Shown: piece after piece, positions 30,351-40,258 of the stretch
Layout of the letters: each line of letters opens with the position of its first letter
Numbering within the stretch: the stretch's first letter is position 1
Origin: an uncultured Armatimonadetes bacterium
GTDB lineage: Bacteria; Armatimonadota; Hebobacteria; Hebobacterales; Hebobacteraceae
Assembly: GCA_963716175.1 (NCBI GenBank)
Contig: OY970296.1
Coordinates: 224,001 to 288,000 of the forward strand
Reading direction: 5' to 3'
Length of the DNA stretch: 64,000 bases
Notes under the pieces: generated by a model
Told to the model about the DNA's origin: nothing
Databases searched by the model: none
The model's input: only the letters and a program-made list of their open reading frames with translations
Translations under genes and position numbers: made by a program

Positions 30351-31332
30351 ATGATGAGGGTGCGCAAGGACGGACCGCGCCCAGCGGTGATCGGAACCTG
30401 CTCGTTCCGGCAGGAAGCAGCCAACCCGGACGAGCTTCTCTCCAGGAGTCTATCGCTGATAGACGAGATGGCGCGCCGCCGCGCAGGAGCTAGGCTGGGG
30501 GCTTGACCTGGCGATCCTGCCCGAGTGCTCGTTTCAGTTCGCCAACGGGGACGTGAACCACGTGGCCGAAGCCACAGACGGCAAGACCGTCCGCGCGATA
30601 GCCGAGAAGGCAAGACAATACCGGAGCTATGCCACGGCCCCCGTGCAATCGAGAAGGGACGGCAAGGTCTACAACTCAGTAGTGATCCTCGACCGTCGGG
30701 GCGAGGCCGCAGGGGTCTACGATAAAGTCTTTCCGGTGATGATGACAGACCTTTCCCTGGAGTACGGCATCACGCCGGGCCGGGAGTTCCCGGTCTTCGA
30801 TCTGGACTTCGGCAACGTAGGCGTGCAGATCTGCTGGGACATCGCGTTCGACCAAGGCTGGCAGGCCCTCGGCGACCAGGAGGCGGAGCTTGTGATCTTC
30901 TGCACGAACCCGGCGGTGCCGTTGGCACTGAGAGGGAGGGCGTGGCGCCACAGCTACTACGTCGCCGCCTCCACCACCGATCCGCCCTCAATGGTTGTGG
31001 ACCCGATAGGGCGGGTCCTGGGCACGACCTCAGAGGATCGGGAGGTGCTGGTCGTGCAGGTTGACCTCGACTACCGGGTCCTGCACTCGAACTGCCTCTG
31101 GCAGTGGCCCGAGTCCAGGCGCGGCGACTACGCGGGACGCATCAGCGTGGAGTGGGACGGCGACGCGCACGAGTACCTGGTGACGTCAAACGATCCGAGC
31201 TTGCCGGTCAGACGCTTCCTGGAGACAGAAGGATTGCTGACCGGTCGCCAGCGGAACGGGCGCAACATCGAGCTGCAGATGAAGGCGCGGGGCGGAGCGC
31301 CAGTAATGCCGGAACCGCTTGTGCGAGAGTAG
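30351..31332 (+). CDS. Carbon-nitrogen hydrolase (nitrilase family), +1 frameshift near 30476
   Basis: Removing one C restores DLAILPE in frame with YN, YDK and QICWD (E-K-C triad). Confidence 0.8.
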
Positions 31333-31501
31333 CTTACGCGCGGGCCTACCCGTAGTCCGTGCCCGCGTTGGTCGCGCCGGAGGGACCAGCGCGAAGCCTT
31401 GACAACTCCAGTGGTCGCTGGTAACCTACTGCCCGGATCTCGAAGGTGCTGCTGGCGGGTGGGAGATGAACGGTGCCCCCGGTTAGCATGGCTGCCCTCG
31501 G

Positions 31502-31542
31502 TGATAGAGTGCGTGCTGTGAGGCGCGTCTTAGACGCGCCTC
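31502..31542 (+). promoter_or_regulatory. Extended -10 candidate followed by a perfect 23-bp palindrome upstream of pilin-like gene 2
   Basis: TGATAGAGT at 31502-31510; GAGGCGCGTCT-T-AGACGCGCCTC at 31520-31542. Confidence 0.45.
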
Positions 31543-31639
31543 TTCCCTTTGGCCGGAAGGAGGTGATGCCCACGCACAGGCGGCGTAGCCGTCCGTCTCG
31601 AGCTGACGTGCCCACTCTTTGGTCAGGAGGCAGGACATC

Positions 31640-32641
31640 ATGGTACTGCAGAGGCGAAGGGGCTTCACGCTGATCGAGCTGCTGGTAGTGATCGCGATCA
31701 TTGCGATCCTGGCTGCGATGCTGTTCCCGGTGTTCGCGCGGGCGCGTGAGTCGGCCCGCAAGATTCAATGCCTGTCGAACGTGAAGAACATTGCCACCGC
31801 CATTCAGATGTACCTCACGGACTACGATAAGCTGCCGCCAAGAGAGCACCGGCAAGAGGTTCTGGAGTGGTTCCCTTGCGACAGTTCCGCGACGGCGGCC
31901 AACCCGTACCTGCGGTGGCCGTTGATCTTCGACGAGTATGTCAAGAACCGGGACGTCTGGCGCTGCCCGAGCGCGAAGCTGCTGGCTGGCGCCTACTGGA
32001 TCCGACCGAGCTTGCCGGACTGGTTCACGTGGACGGCGGACCACTGCGGCCAGTCAGTCTGCTGCTGCGGCTTCTGCCAGGACAACTACCCCGTAGGCTG
32101 GGGCGGCTCCGTCACGGACACTTCCGTCCAGGGTCCGTCGCTTGATTGGCAGCACTCGAAGACAAATCAGGGGGGCACGGGCTTCGAGCAGACCATTGGC
32201 CTGCTGACTAACGAAGAGATGAAGCCCTCGGAGGCGGAGGACCCGGCCCGCTACCTGGTAGTGGCAGATGTCGGTGGCACAGCTAACATTCAGCCAAGCA
32301 AGGTGATCCATGATGCCTACCCGGACCTGTGCCGCGTGGACAGGGCAGGACGTTCCGATAGACAAGAAGTGTTGAACTGCTATGCAGACTGGGCGAACTG
32401 CAGCTGGAGCCAGCCATGCGGCGCCGTCACCCCGGCGTACTTCTTCGACCCGGAGGTCCGCAAGTCGTTCTCGCGCCACCTGGGAGGGGTGAACCTGGGC
32501 TTTCTGGATGGACACGCCCAGTGGATGTCCTCGGAGGCAGTAATCAACAACACCTACAATAGTCACGACCCGAAGCGCGAGTACATGATCTACGGGATTG
32601 AGCGCTGCACCTATCCCGACTGCCTGGTGAAGTGGCCCTAG
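31640..32641 (+). CDS. Prepilin-type N-terminal/H-X9-DG domain protein (DUF1559-like), copy 2
   Basis: [25 protein letters not shown]; [15 protein letters not shown]; AGGAGG RBS. Confidence 0.92.
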   Translation: MVLQRRRGFTLIELLVVIAIIAILAAMLFPVFARARESARKIQCLSNVKNIATAIQMYLTDYDKLPPREHRQEVLEWFPCDSSATAANPYLRWPLIFDEYVKNRDVWRCPSAKLLAGAYWIRPSLPDWFTWTADHCGQSVCCCGFCQDNYPVGWGGSVTDTSVQGPSLDWQHSKTNQGGTGFEQTIGLLTNEEMKPSEAEDPARYLVVADVGGTANIQPSKVIHDAYPDLCRVDRAGRSDRQEVLNCYADWANCSWSQPCGAVTPAYFFDPEVRKSFSRHLGGVNLGFLDGHAQWMSSEAVINNTYNSHDPKREYMIYGIERCTYPDCLVKWP

Positions 32642-32703
32642 AGTCCACGAGGTCGGAGCAACAGCACTAGGCTCCATTGGCATTCTGCCACGAGCCGCGT
32701 CAC

Positions 32704-32737
32704 GGGCGGAGCACCCCAAGGGGTGCTCCGCCCCTTT
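32704..32737 (+). promoter_or_regulatory. Conserved hairpin downstream of pilin-like gene 2 (possibly a weak terminator)
   Basis: GGGCGGAGCACCC-CAAG-GGGTGCTCCGCCC followed by CTTT. Confidence 0.75.
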
Positions 32738-32848
32738 GGCGAAGGACAACCGTCAGCGGCCTCGCGCGTGAGAGTGGCGCACTGGAGAGGCGAGCACACT
32801 GCGGAAAATCACAGCTGCCGTTCCGCCTCTGCCTGGGGAGGAGACGCG

Positions 32849-35344
32849 ATGCGCGGCCTGACACTTGCGGTTGCTCTGATCTGCTGTGCACTGGGCGGCG
32901 CGGCTGCGGCGCAGTCAACGCCGAAAGGGGAGCTGAGAACCATGGCCGAGGAGAAGGCGCGAGTGCTGGATCGGAATCCGGGCCCGTATCAGGTCTCGCG
33001 GGCGCCGTATGACGGACAGCGGCTGACGGTGAATCCGCCGGTGTTCGTGTGGCTGCCAGCGGAGGGGGCTGGCGAGTACATCCTGCAGTACTCCCGCGAC
33101 CCGCGGTTCGCGGACCGATCCACCGTCACCATCAAGCAAGATGCGACTCTCCTCACGAGGCAGGGATCGCTGCCGTTCCAGGGGCCTGGAGAGTTCGAGT
33201 ACACGGCGAAGCCGGCGACTATGCAAGTTCTCCGGGAGACACTGCAGCCCGGGGAGTACTTCTGGCGCTACGGATACGATGCGGGCGCGCCGGTGGGCGT
33301 GGTCTTCAGCAAGACCTGGACGTTCACGGTCGCTGATGAGGCGGTGGCGATTCCATTCCCGGATGTCAAGCAGGTGGTCGCGCGCGTCAGCGCGTGGCCG
33401 CATCCCCGGGTGCTCGAGACGCGGATGCCGCGGGAGCGCCTGCGCGAGCTGGCGCGCGGTGTGCTGAAGGATGATGCAGAGCAGTTGAAGCGCGACTGCG
33501 ACGGCTACCTCGGGCAGCCGCTGCTGCCCGAGCCGCAGTTCCTGCCCAAGGGCGATGACTGGGCGCCGACCTATCAGCAGGTGTTTCGGGCGACGCGGGG
33601 GTTGTTCAGGGGCATGGAGCAGTGCGCGGAGGCGTACCTCATCACGGGTGACGAGAAGTACGGCCAGGAGGCGAAGCGGCGGCTCCTCCACACGGTGTCG
33701 TGGGACCCGAACGGCAGCACCAGTCTCGGTCACAACGACGAGCCGGGAACCGAGATCGTACGACTGGGGACGCGGGTGTACGATTACGTCTATGACCTGC
33801 TGACCGAGGCCGAGAGGGAGAAGTGCAGGAAGTGCTTCGCGGTGCGCATGCCGCAGTTGTACTGGGCGTTGAAGGCCAGACCGTTCGAGGTGAATCCCTT
33901 CGAGAGCCATGCCATGGGCTACTATCTCGAGGACCTGACCGAGGCGTGCATGGCGATGGCCGGCGAACTCAACGTCCAGGACTGGTTCGAATACTGCCTG
34001 ATGATGATGTGGGGGCCATTCTTCCCGCCCTATGGAGGGACGGACGGAGGATGGTGTGAGGGGCCGAGCTACTGGGGATGGACCGCGGGGGTGTTCATGC
34101 GGATGTTCCGGCTGGTGGAGCAGGCGACCGGCGTGCCCATCCACCAGCGCGAGTGGATGCGGAACACGGGGTTCTACAAGCTCTACGACAACCCGCCGTA
34201 CGCGAAGATGTCGCCGTTCGGCGACGGCCAATACGGACGGCCCAGCGGCGATGATGCGATGTGGGATTTGGCGATGGCCTTCGGGAATCCCTACTTCAAG
34301 TGGTGGGCGGATGCCCGAGGCTATAGCCCATCGGGGCTGACGAAGTTCCTGTTCTACGACCAGACAGTAGATGCGAAAGCACCCAGTGACCTGCCGCAGG
34401 CGAGGTGCTTCTCCGACGTCGGCCTGGTGGCAATGCACAGCGACCTGGCGAATGGCGAGAGGAACGTACAGGTGCTGATGCGCAGCTCGCCCTATGGGTC
34501 CATCAGCCACGCCTACGCTGACCAAAATGCGTTCACGCTCGACGCCTTCGGGGAGCCGCTCGCGATCGCGTCGGGCTACTACCCCTGGTACGGCAGCCCA
34601 CATCACCAGCGGTGGAGCTGGCAGACGAAGGCGGCGAATGCGATCGGGGTGGATGGCGAGGGGCAGGCGGCACGGGACTGGAATGCGAGGGGAGCGATAG
34701 CTCACTTCGAGAGCAGTGACTACTGCCACTACGCACTGGGCGACGCGACCGCAGCGTACCAGGGGCGACTGACGAAGTGGGACCGCCACATTCTGTACCT
34801 GCGGCCGCTGGAGGCGGAGATGACGCCGATCGTGGTGATCTACGACGACCTCGCAGCGCCGAAACCCGCGACGTTCCAATGGTGGCTGCACGCGCTGGAG
34901 CAGATGCAGATCGGGGGACAAAGAGTGCGGATCAGCAGGGCACAAGCGCAGGCTGATGTGATCTTCCTGACACCCGACCAGCTCAAGCTGTCACAGACCG
35001 ATCAGTTCACGGTCCCGCCAGAGAGGGAGCTTCCGAGCCAGTGGCACCTGACCGCGGAGACGACGCAGCCGAGCGAGACCTGCCGGTTCCTGACGGTGCT
35101 GCTGCCTCACCGCGTCGGCGCTCAGGAGGCGGCCAGCGCGAGACTCGTCCTCGGCAATGGATACCTGGGGGCAGAGATCGCAGTGCAGGGCAGGCGGCAT
35201 GTGGTCGGCTTTCGTACGGGCATTGAGCCAATCACCCTGACCGGGGCGTCTCGGAGCGGCGACGTGTGCGCGGTCTCCTGGGGCAGCGATGGGAAGCTGC
35301 TGGGCGAAGCCGCGATACGACTCCACTCTCAGGAGGCGAGGTAA
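32849..35344 (+). CDS. Secreted DUF4962 / heparinase II/III-like polysaccharide lyase
   Basis: Signal peptide; NPP.F.W; HPR; SH; DGGW.EG.SYW; PFGD; SSPYGSISHAYADQNAF. Confidence 0.85.
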   Translation: MRGLTLAVALICCALGGAAAAQSTPKGELRTMAEEKARVLDRNPGPYQVSRAPYDGQRLTVNPPVFVWLPAEGAGEYILQYSRDPRFADRSTVTIKQDATLLTRQGSLPFQGPGEFEYTAKPATMQVLRETLQPGEYFWRYGYDAGAPVGVVFSKTWTFTVADEAVAIPFPDVKQVVARVSAWPHPRVLETRMPRERLRELARGVLKDDAEQLKRDCDGYLGQPLLPEPQFLPKGDDWAPTYQQVFRATRGLFRGMEQCAEAYLITGDEKYGQEAKRRLLHTVSWDPNGSTSLGHNDEPGTEIVRLGTRVYDYVYDLLTEAEREKCRKCFAVRMPQLYWALKARPFEVNPFESHAMGYYLEDLTEACMAMAGELNVQDWFEYCLMMMWGPFFPPYGGTDGGWCEGPSYWGWTAGVFMRMFRLVEQATGVPIHQREWMRNTGFYKLYDNPPYAKMSPFGDGQYGRPSGDDAMWDLAMAFGNPYFKWWADARGYSPSGLTKFLFYDQTVDAKAPSDLPQARCFSDVGLVAMHSDLANGERNVQVLMRSSPYGSISHAYADQNAFTLDAFGEPLAIASGYYPWYGSPHHQRWSWQTKAANAIGVDGEGQAARDWNARGAIAHFESSDYCHYALGDATAAYQGRLTKWDRHILYLRPLEAEMTPIVVIYDDLAAPKPATFQWWLHALEQMQIGGQRVRISRAQAQADVIFLTPDQLKLSQTDQFTVPPERELPSQWHLTAETTQPSETCRFLTVLLPHRVGAQEAASARLVLGNGYLGAEIAVQGRRHVVGFRTGIEPITLTGASRSGDVCAVSWGSDGKLLGEAAIRLHSQEAR

Positions 35345-35353
35345 GGCGCGCCG

Positions 35354-37735
35354 CTAGTCCCGGCCGTCCAGGGTGAGGATGGTCGCGAGCGCGAGCTGCA
35401 CGGCCATGCCTACGTTCTCCACGTCCACGCGCTCCGGGATGTCGCCGGGCATGTGGTAGTTCGGGTCGCCGAAGGGGGAGGAGCCGTGGATGCCGAGGGC
35501 GGTCGGGTAGCCGGCCTTGATGTAGGAGCCGTCATCGTTCGCAGGGCCATCGTGCTTGGCGACGACCTGCTCCAGGCCGATCCCATAGGCATCATTGAGG
35601 GCCATCATCATCTGGGCAAGCTGCTCGCCCTCGGGGGTGGTATAGAACAGCGCGTTCGTCTTGCGCTTTGCGTCAATCGCCTCCTGTGGCTTGGCGCCAA
35701 GCCCGTCGAGGTTGAGGACGGCGATGATGTTGTCGCCGCGGGACCTCGCGTTCTGGGCTGCGGTGATGCTGGTCCACGGGGTGTGCTCTTCGTTGCAGTA
35801 GACGAACCACAGGGAGCGGCGCAGGCTCCGGCCGGCGAGGAGGCGGGCCGCCTCCATGCTGGCGACGGTGCCGACGGCGTTGTCGTACGCGCCCGGTGAG
35901 TCGATCCAGCTTGGCGAGTCCTTGTGCGAGATGACCACGATGATCTCGTCGGGCTCTGCGGCCCCGCGCTTCTTCGCGTAGAGGTTATTGAGCATGTACC
36001 ATGGGTCGGCGGGGTCCGGGGTCGAGTACCAGTGGTGAAGAGGCTTATTCTGGTCGCACCGGAACGCCTGCGCCCGGCAGGCTTCCTTCTCCACGTCGTA
36101 GCCCCAGGCGCGAAGCTTGGACTCGATGTACTCGTCGGCCTCCTCCAGGCTGCTCTTCGTCTGGCCGGGCCGGGTGAAGTTGGCCTTGCGGTAGGGCAGG
36201 GGGTCCCTAGACAGGTAGAAGAGGCCGGCGGAAATCTCCTTGTTATCCACCTTGGCGATCAGGTCGGTGATGCCGGGGGCCGTCTTCATGAGTTGCGCGG
36301 CATTGGCCGTGGATTGGGTAAGCGAGACCTGGCTTAGCGGCTCCTGTACCAGTGAGTCGTACCGCGCTGGGCGCCTTTCCTTCGGCCAGAGGTGGCGGAA
36401 GTCGGCGTAGCCGGGGACGGAGAGCCAGGGCTCGTAGAAGAGCTGGTCGAGATCAATATCCGCGAAGACCACGCCCTGCTTACCCGCAGTGTCGGCGAGG
36501 ATGGTGCCGGAGGGGTCTATGATCATGCTGCGGCCGGTGTCGCAGATCGAAGTCACGTAGTAGACCCCATTGTCGAGAGCGCGAGCGCGAGCGACCGCCT
36601 CGTAGGCCTTGCTCTCGGAACGAATGTCTCCCTCGATCGGGGTGAAGATGATCTCGGCGCCCTCGAGCGCGAGCGCGCGGGCCATCTCGGGGAACATATG
36701 GTCATAGCAGATCTGGAGGCCGATGCGGCCGATATCCGTGTCGAAGACGGGGATGGTCGCGCCCGGACTGGTGCCGGCTTCGACCTCGGCTTGCGGAAGA
36801 TGGATCTTCCGATAGCGGCCTACTATGCTGCCATCGCGGCCGATGATGACGGCGGTGTTGTAGCGGAGGGGCCCCTGCCACTCGGGCAGGCTCACGACGA
36901 TCATCATGTGGTACTGCCTGGCGAGCGCGGCGAGGACTTCTGTGGCGGGGCCTGGGATGGTGGGATGCGCGTTCGCGTCGGTCGGGACGATCTGCGCGAG
37001 CTCGCCGAGACAGACCACATCGGCCTTGCCCGCACCCGCCTCCCGGACGGCCGACCGCCACGCCTCCGGCCCGCGGGTCTCGCGATCTAGGTACACCGTG
37101 GCGATGCGGACATGGCGGGGCGCGGGGGAGGGCGCGTGACGCAGAGAAACGTCATCGAACCACACCCGCCCCTGCGGCGCGTGGCGCAGGCTCAGCGAGA
37201 CGGTGGCCATGGTCGCGCCCTCGGGCGCTCGGTAGCGGGCAGACAGCCGCCACCATTCGCCCTGGCGCACCGGCGAGCACAAATATGCGGTTCGCGGCCG
37301 CTCGTCCTTCGCGTCGCGCTTCCAGTCTATGTAGGCCCACACTGACTCCTGCGGGCTGGGGATGTCCTCGGTGCGATAGTAGACGGAGAGTTCATACATG
37401 TTTCCAGCCCGGATGCCGAAGCAGGCTGCTGTGACCCAGCCGACGACCCCGGTCTTACCGTCGCCGGACAGGCACAACGAGTGCATGCCGGATCGGGCGA
37501 ACGCGGTGTCGGAGACTACGGAGGGGGCGATCTCGGAGCGGGGAGCGCCGGGTCTCCAGCCCATGGGGAGGCCGCTGGCAACATCCTCGAAGCTGCCATT
37601 TGGGATCAGGTTCGGCGAGTCGGTCATGGCGGAAGCACCTCTCGGGTTCGGGTCATGGGGCGATGCCGCAATGCACGCAAGATGCATGCAGCACGTCATC
37701 AACATGGCGACACAGGAAAGCGCACGTGTCCTCAT
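35354..37735 (-). CDS. Secreted fusion: carbohydrate-binding-like domain + carbon-nitrogen hydrolase + M28 peptidase
   Basis: NLIPNGSFE...VWFDDV; CLGE/YRKIH/ICYD; SHKDS, GAYDNAVG, NEE, NLD, YH..GD. Confidence 0.85.
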   Translation of the reverse strand: MRTRALSCVAMLMTCCMHLACIAASPHDPNPRGASAMTDSPNLIPNGSFEDVASGLPMGWRPGAPRSEIAPSVVSDTAFARSGMHSLCLSGDGKTGVVGWVTAACFGIRAGNMYELSVYYRTEDIPSPQESVWAYIDWKRDAKDERPRTAYLCSPVRQGEWWRLSARYRAPEGATMATVSLSLRHAPQGRVWFDDVSLRHAPSPAPRHVRIATVYLDRETRGPEAWRSAVREAGAGKADVVCLGELAQIVPTDANAHPTIPGPATEVLAALARQYHMMIVVSLPEWQGPLRYNTAVIIGRDGSIVGRYRKIHLPQAEVEAGTSPGATIPVFDTDIGRIGLQICYDHMFPEMARALALEGAEIIFTPIEGDIRSESKAYEAVARARALDNGVYYVTSICDTGRSMIIDPSGTILADTAGKQGVVFADIDLDQLFYEPWLSVPGYADFRHLWPKERRPARYDSLVQEPLSQVSLTQSTANAAQLMKTAPGITDLIAKVDNKEISAGLFYLSRDPLPYRKANFTRPGQTKSSLEEADEYIESKLRAWGYDVEKEACRAQAFRCDQNKPLHHWYSTPDPADPWYMLNNLYAKKRGAAEPDEIIVVISHKDSPSWIDSPGAYDNAVGTVASMEAARLLAGRSLRRSLWFVYCNEEHTPWTSITAAQNARSRGDNIIAVLNLDGLGAKPQEAIDAKRKTNALFYTTPEGEQLAQMMMALNDAYGIGLEQVVAKHDGPANDDGSYIKAGYPTALGIHGSSPFGDPNYHMPGDIPERVDVENVGMAVQLALATILTLDGRD

Positions 37736-37834
37736 TGCGACACTCCCAGCAGCACAACTGCCCGCGGACTTCTATTCGTTCGCGCGGAGAGCGAGTCCTT
37801 GCGTAGCGACGACGCGAGCGCCTGGAGGCCGGAG

Positions 37835-38629
37835 TCAATCCACGACTCTGAGCCACCCCCCGTCCACATAGTAAGTCGAGCCCACGCAATAGCTGGCCAG
37901 AGGCGAGCATAGGAACACGAAGAAGTTGGCGAGTTCCTCGGGCGACCCGAAACGTCCAATGGGGGCGTTCTCTCTGGCGATGCGGTCGAGGTATTCCTGT
38001 GCGGTGATTCCCTCTTGCTGGCTCAAGATGCCGGCAGTCTTCCACCAATCCGGAGTCAGGATGAGGCCAGGGCTGATGGTGTTGACCCGGATGCTCTCAC
38101 CGATCAGCTCGTTGGCCAAGCACTTCGAGAACATGACCAACGCCGCCTTTGTCGTATTGTATATCGGCTCGTATCCGAGAGGCTGCTTGGCGCAGATGGA
38201 GGCGTTGTTGATGATCACTCCCCCACCCCGCCTTCGCATGAGGGGAGCAATCGCCCGGGACATCCGGACGGCCGCCATCACGTGCAAGTCCCAGTAGTAC
38301 TGCCACTTCTCATCCGGGGCGTCCATGATCTTCTCTTCGCTGCCTGTCCCTGCGTTGTTGATCAGGATGTCGGCCCCGCCGAACTCCTTCTCCACCTCCT
38401 GCGACAGCGTGATGATGTCGGCCGGCTTCGTGACATCGGCGGGCACTGTCAGCACGCGAACTCCCTGCGCGTCCCGGATGCGCGCTCCCACCTCGCGCAG
38501 GCGCGCCTCATCCCGCGCGCACAGGGCAAGGTGGACTCCCTCCGCTGCAAGCCCTTCCGCGACCGCCAGTCCAATGCCAACACTTCCCCCCGTGATAACT
38601 GCCACTTGCCCTTTCAGCTTCAGGTCCAC
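37835..38629 (-). CDS. SDR family oxidoreductase
   Basis: TGGSVGIG, NNAG, YNTTK; GTG start after AGGAG. Confidence 0.92.
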   Translation of the reverse strand: MDLKLKGQVAVITGGSVGIGLAVAEGLAAEGVHLALCARDEARLREVGARIRDAQGVRVLTVPADVTKPADIITLSQEVEKEFGGADILINNAGTGSEEKIMDAPDEKWQYYWDLHVMAAVRMSRAIAPLMRRRGGGVIINNASICAKQPLGYEPIYNTTKAALVMFSKCLANELIGESIRVNTISPGLILTPDWWKTAGILSQQEGITAQEYLDRIARENAPIGRFGSPEELANFFVFLCSPLASYCVGSTYYVDGGWLRVVD

Positions 38630-38672
38630 TCTAGTATCGCTCCTGTGAAGTGCCCACCTGGTGGGGGCCTCA

Positions 38673-40181
38673 TCAGTACGGCTTCTTCCGCACGATCTTG
38701 ACGACGAAGGCATGCTCGCACGGCTTCCTGCCCGGCATCCGCACGACGAGACCTCCCTTGTTCAGTTTCCAGTCGAGCGGCTTGCCGTCACCGAGCATGG
38801 TGACGGATACGATCTCGGACTGATAAAGCTGGTGGCGCGGATGCTCTCCCCTCCGCACCCCCACATCAGCCTTCCCTTCCTCGGCTTCTCTGAAGGTTGT
38901 GATGACCAGCTCTTCCCCAGGCCAATCGAGTGCGGTGGCGTAGAGCGCGTCGCCCTTCACGGTGAACCGGATATCCTGGGCCGTGTAGGGGGTGGCCTCC
39001 TCGTTGAAGCCCCCGCTACCCTTCTGCAGACGGGTCGGACCCTCGCCTGCGATCATCCAGGCCGTGGTCCCATAGATCGCCTCGCCATTCACCTTCAGCC
39101 ATTCGCCCATGCCCAGCAGGCACTTCTTCGCTTCTTCAGGAATGGTCCCGTCCGCCTTGGGGCCGACGTTGAGCAGGAGGTAGCCATTCTTGCTGACGCG
39201 GTCCACCAGGTTGTCAATCAGCCAGTCCACGCTCCTATAGCCTGCCGTCTTGACATAGCCCCACGCACCCTGGTCATCCACGGTGGAGTCCGTGATCCAT
39301 TCGTGGTACGTCAGATCCCGTGCCTGACCGAGCTCGTAATCAACCAGGCCGACGCCCGGCGGGAGGTCGTGGTCCTTGTACGTCACCACCACTTCCTTGT
39401 TGCTGGCTTCCGCCTTGTTGTAGTAGTAGGCCAGGAAGTCCTTCACGTAGTTCTCGTGGATACTGCACAGGGCGTAGTCGAACCAGATGAAGTCTGGCTC
39501 GTACTTGTCAATCACCTCGATAGTCTTGCCGTACCATCGGTCGAGGAACTCCTTCGAATGCGGTGCCCCTCGTTCGTGGATGAAGCCATAGAGCCCCGAG
39601 TATCTGGGATCGGAGCAGTCGTAGCGCTTGTCCCAGACCGGGAAGAAAAACCAGTTCTCTGCGTGGTGCAAGGCGGTGACGAATTTCATGCCGCGAGCTT
39701 TGACTGCCTTCGCGAGCGCACCCACCACGTCCCGCTTTGGGCCCATGGTGGCGGCGTTCCACTGCGACCACTTCGTGTCCCACATAGCGAAGCCGTCGTG
39801 GTGCTCGGCCACCGGTCCGGCGAAGCGGGCGCCGGCCTTCTGGAAGAGCTCCGCCCACTCCTCCGGGTCGAACTTCTCGGCGGTGAACAGGGGGATATAG
39901 TCTTTGTAGCCGAATCTATCGAGGGCACCATAGGTCTGCTCGTGGTATCTGCGGGCCTCGGAGTTCGGGTCCATATAGAGGGCGTGGCTGTACCAGGTCG
40001 CATTCCCCCCAAAGGCCGGCACTGAGTAGATGCCCCAGTGGGTGTAGATACCGAATTTGCCCTCCCGAAGCCACTGCGGGGTCTGATGGCGCCTCAGGGA
40101 TTCCCACGCAGGCTGGTAGGGCGCGGTGCCCGCGACCTTCCCGGCACCCGTTCCTCTTGCCGACGAGCAGTCAGTCATCAC
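38673..40181 (-). CDS. Alpha-L-fucosidase (GH29), no signal peptide
   Basis: KFGIYTHWG.YSVP, AEHHDGF, WFD, VSKNG.LLLNVGP..DG.IP. Confidence 0.93.
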   Translation of the reverse strand: MMTDCSSARGTGAGKVAGTAPYQPAWESLRRHQTPQWLREGKFGIYTHWGIYSVPAFGGNATWYSHALYMDPNSEARRYHEQTYGALDRFGYKDYIPLFTAEKFDPEEWAELFQKAGARFAGPVAEHHDGFAMWDTKWSQWNAATMGPKRDVVGALAKAVKARGMKFVTALHHAENWFFFPVWDKRYDCSDPRYSGLYGFIHERGAPHSKEFLDRWYGKTIEVIDKYEPDFIWFDYALCSIHENYVKDFLAYYYNKAEASNKEVVVTYKDHDLPPGVGLVDYELGQARDLTYHEWITDSTVDDQGAWGYVKTAGYRSVDWLIDNLVDRVSKNGYLLLNVGPKADGTIPEEAKKCLLGMGEWLKVNGEAIYGTTAWMIAGEGPTRLQKGSGGFNEEATPYTAQDIRFTVKGDALYATALDWPGEELVITTFREAEEGKADVGVRRGEHPRHQLYQSEIVSVTMLGDGKPLDWKLNKGGLVVRMPGRKPCEHAFVVKIVRKKPY

Positions 40182-40258
40182 ATAGACCTCCTCTTGGTAG
40201 ATGTAACGATTCGATATGCAAACCTATCCTGTCTCAACGGCACAGAACCCGAGGCCCC

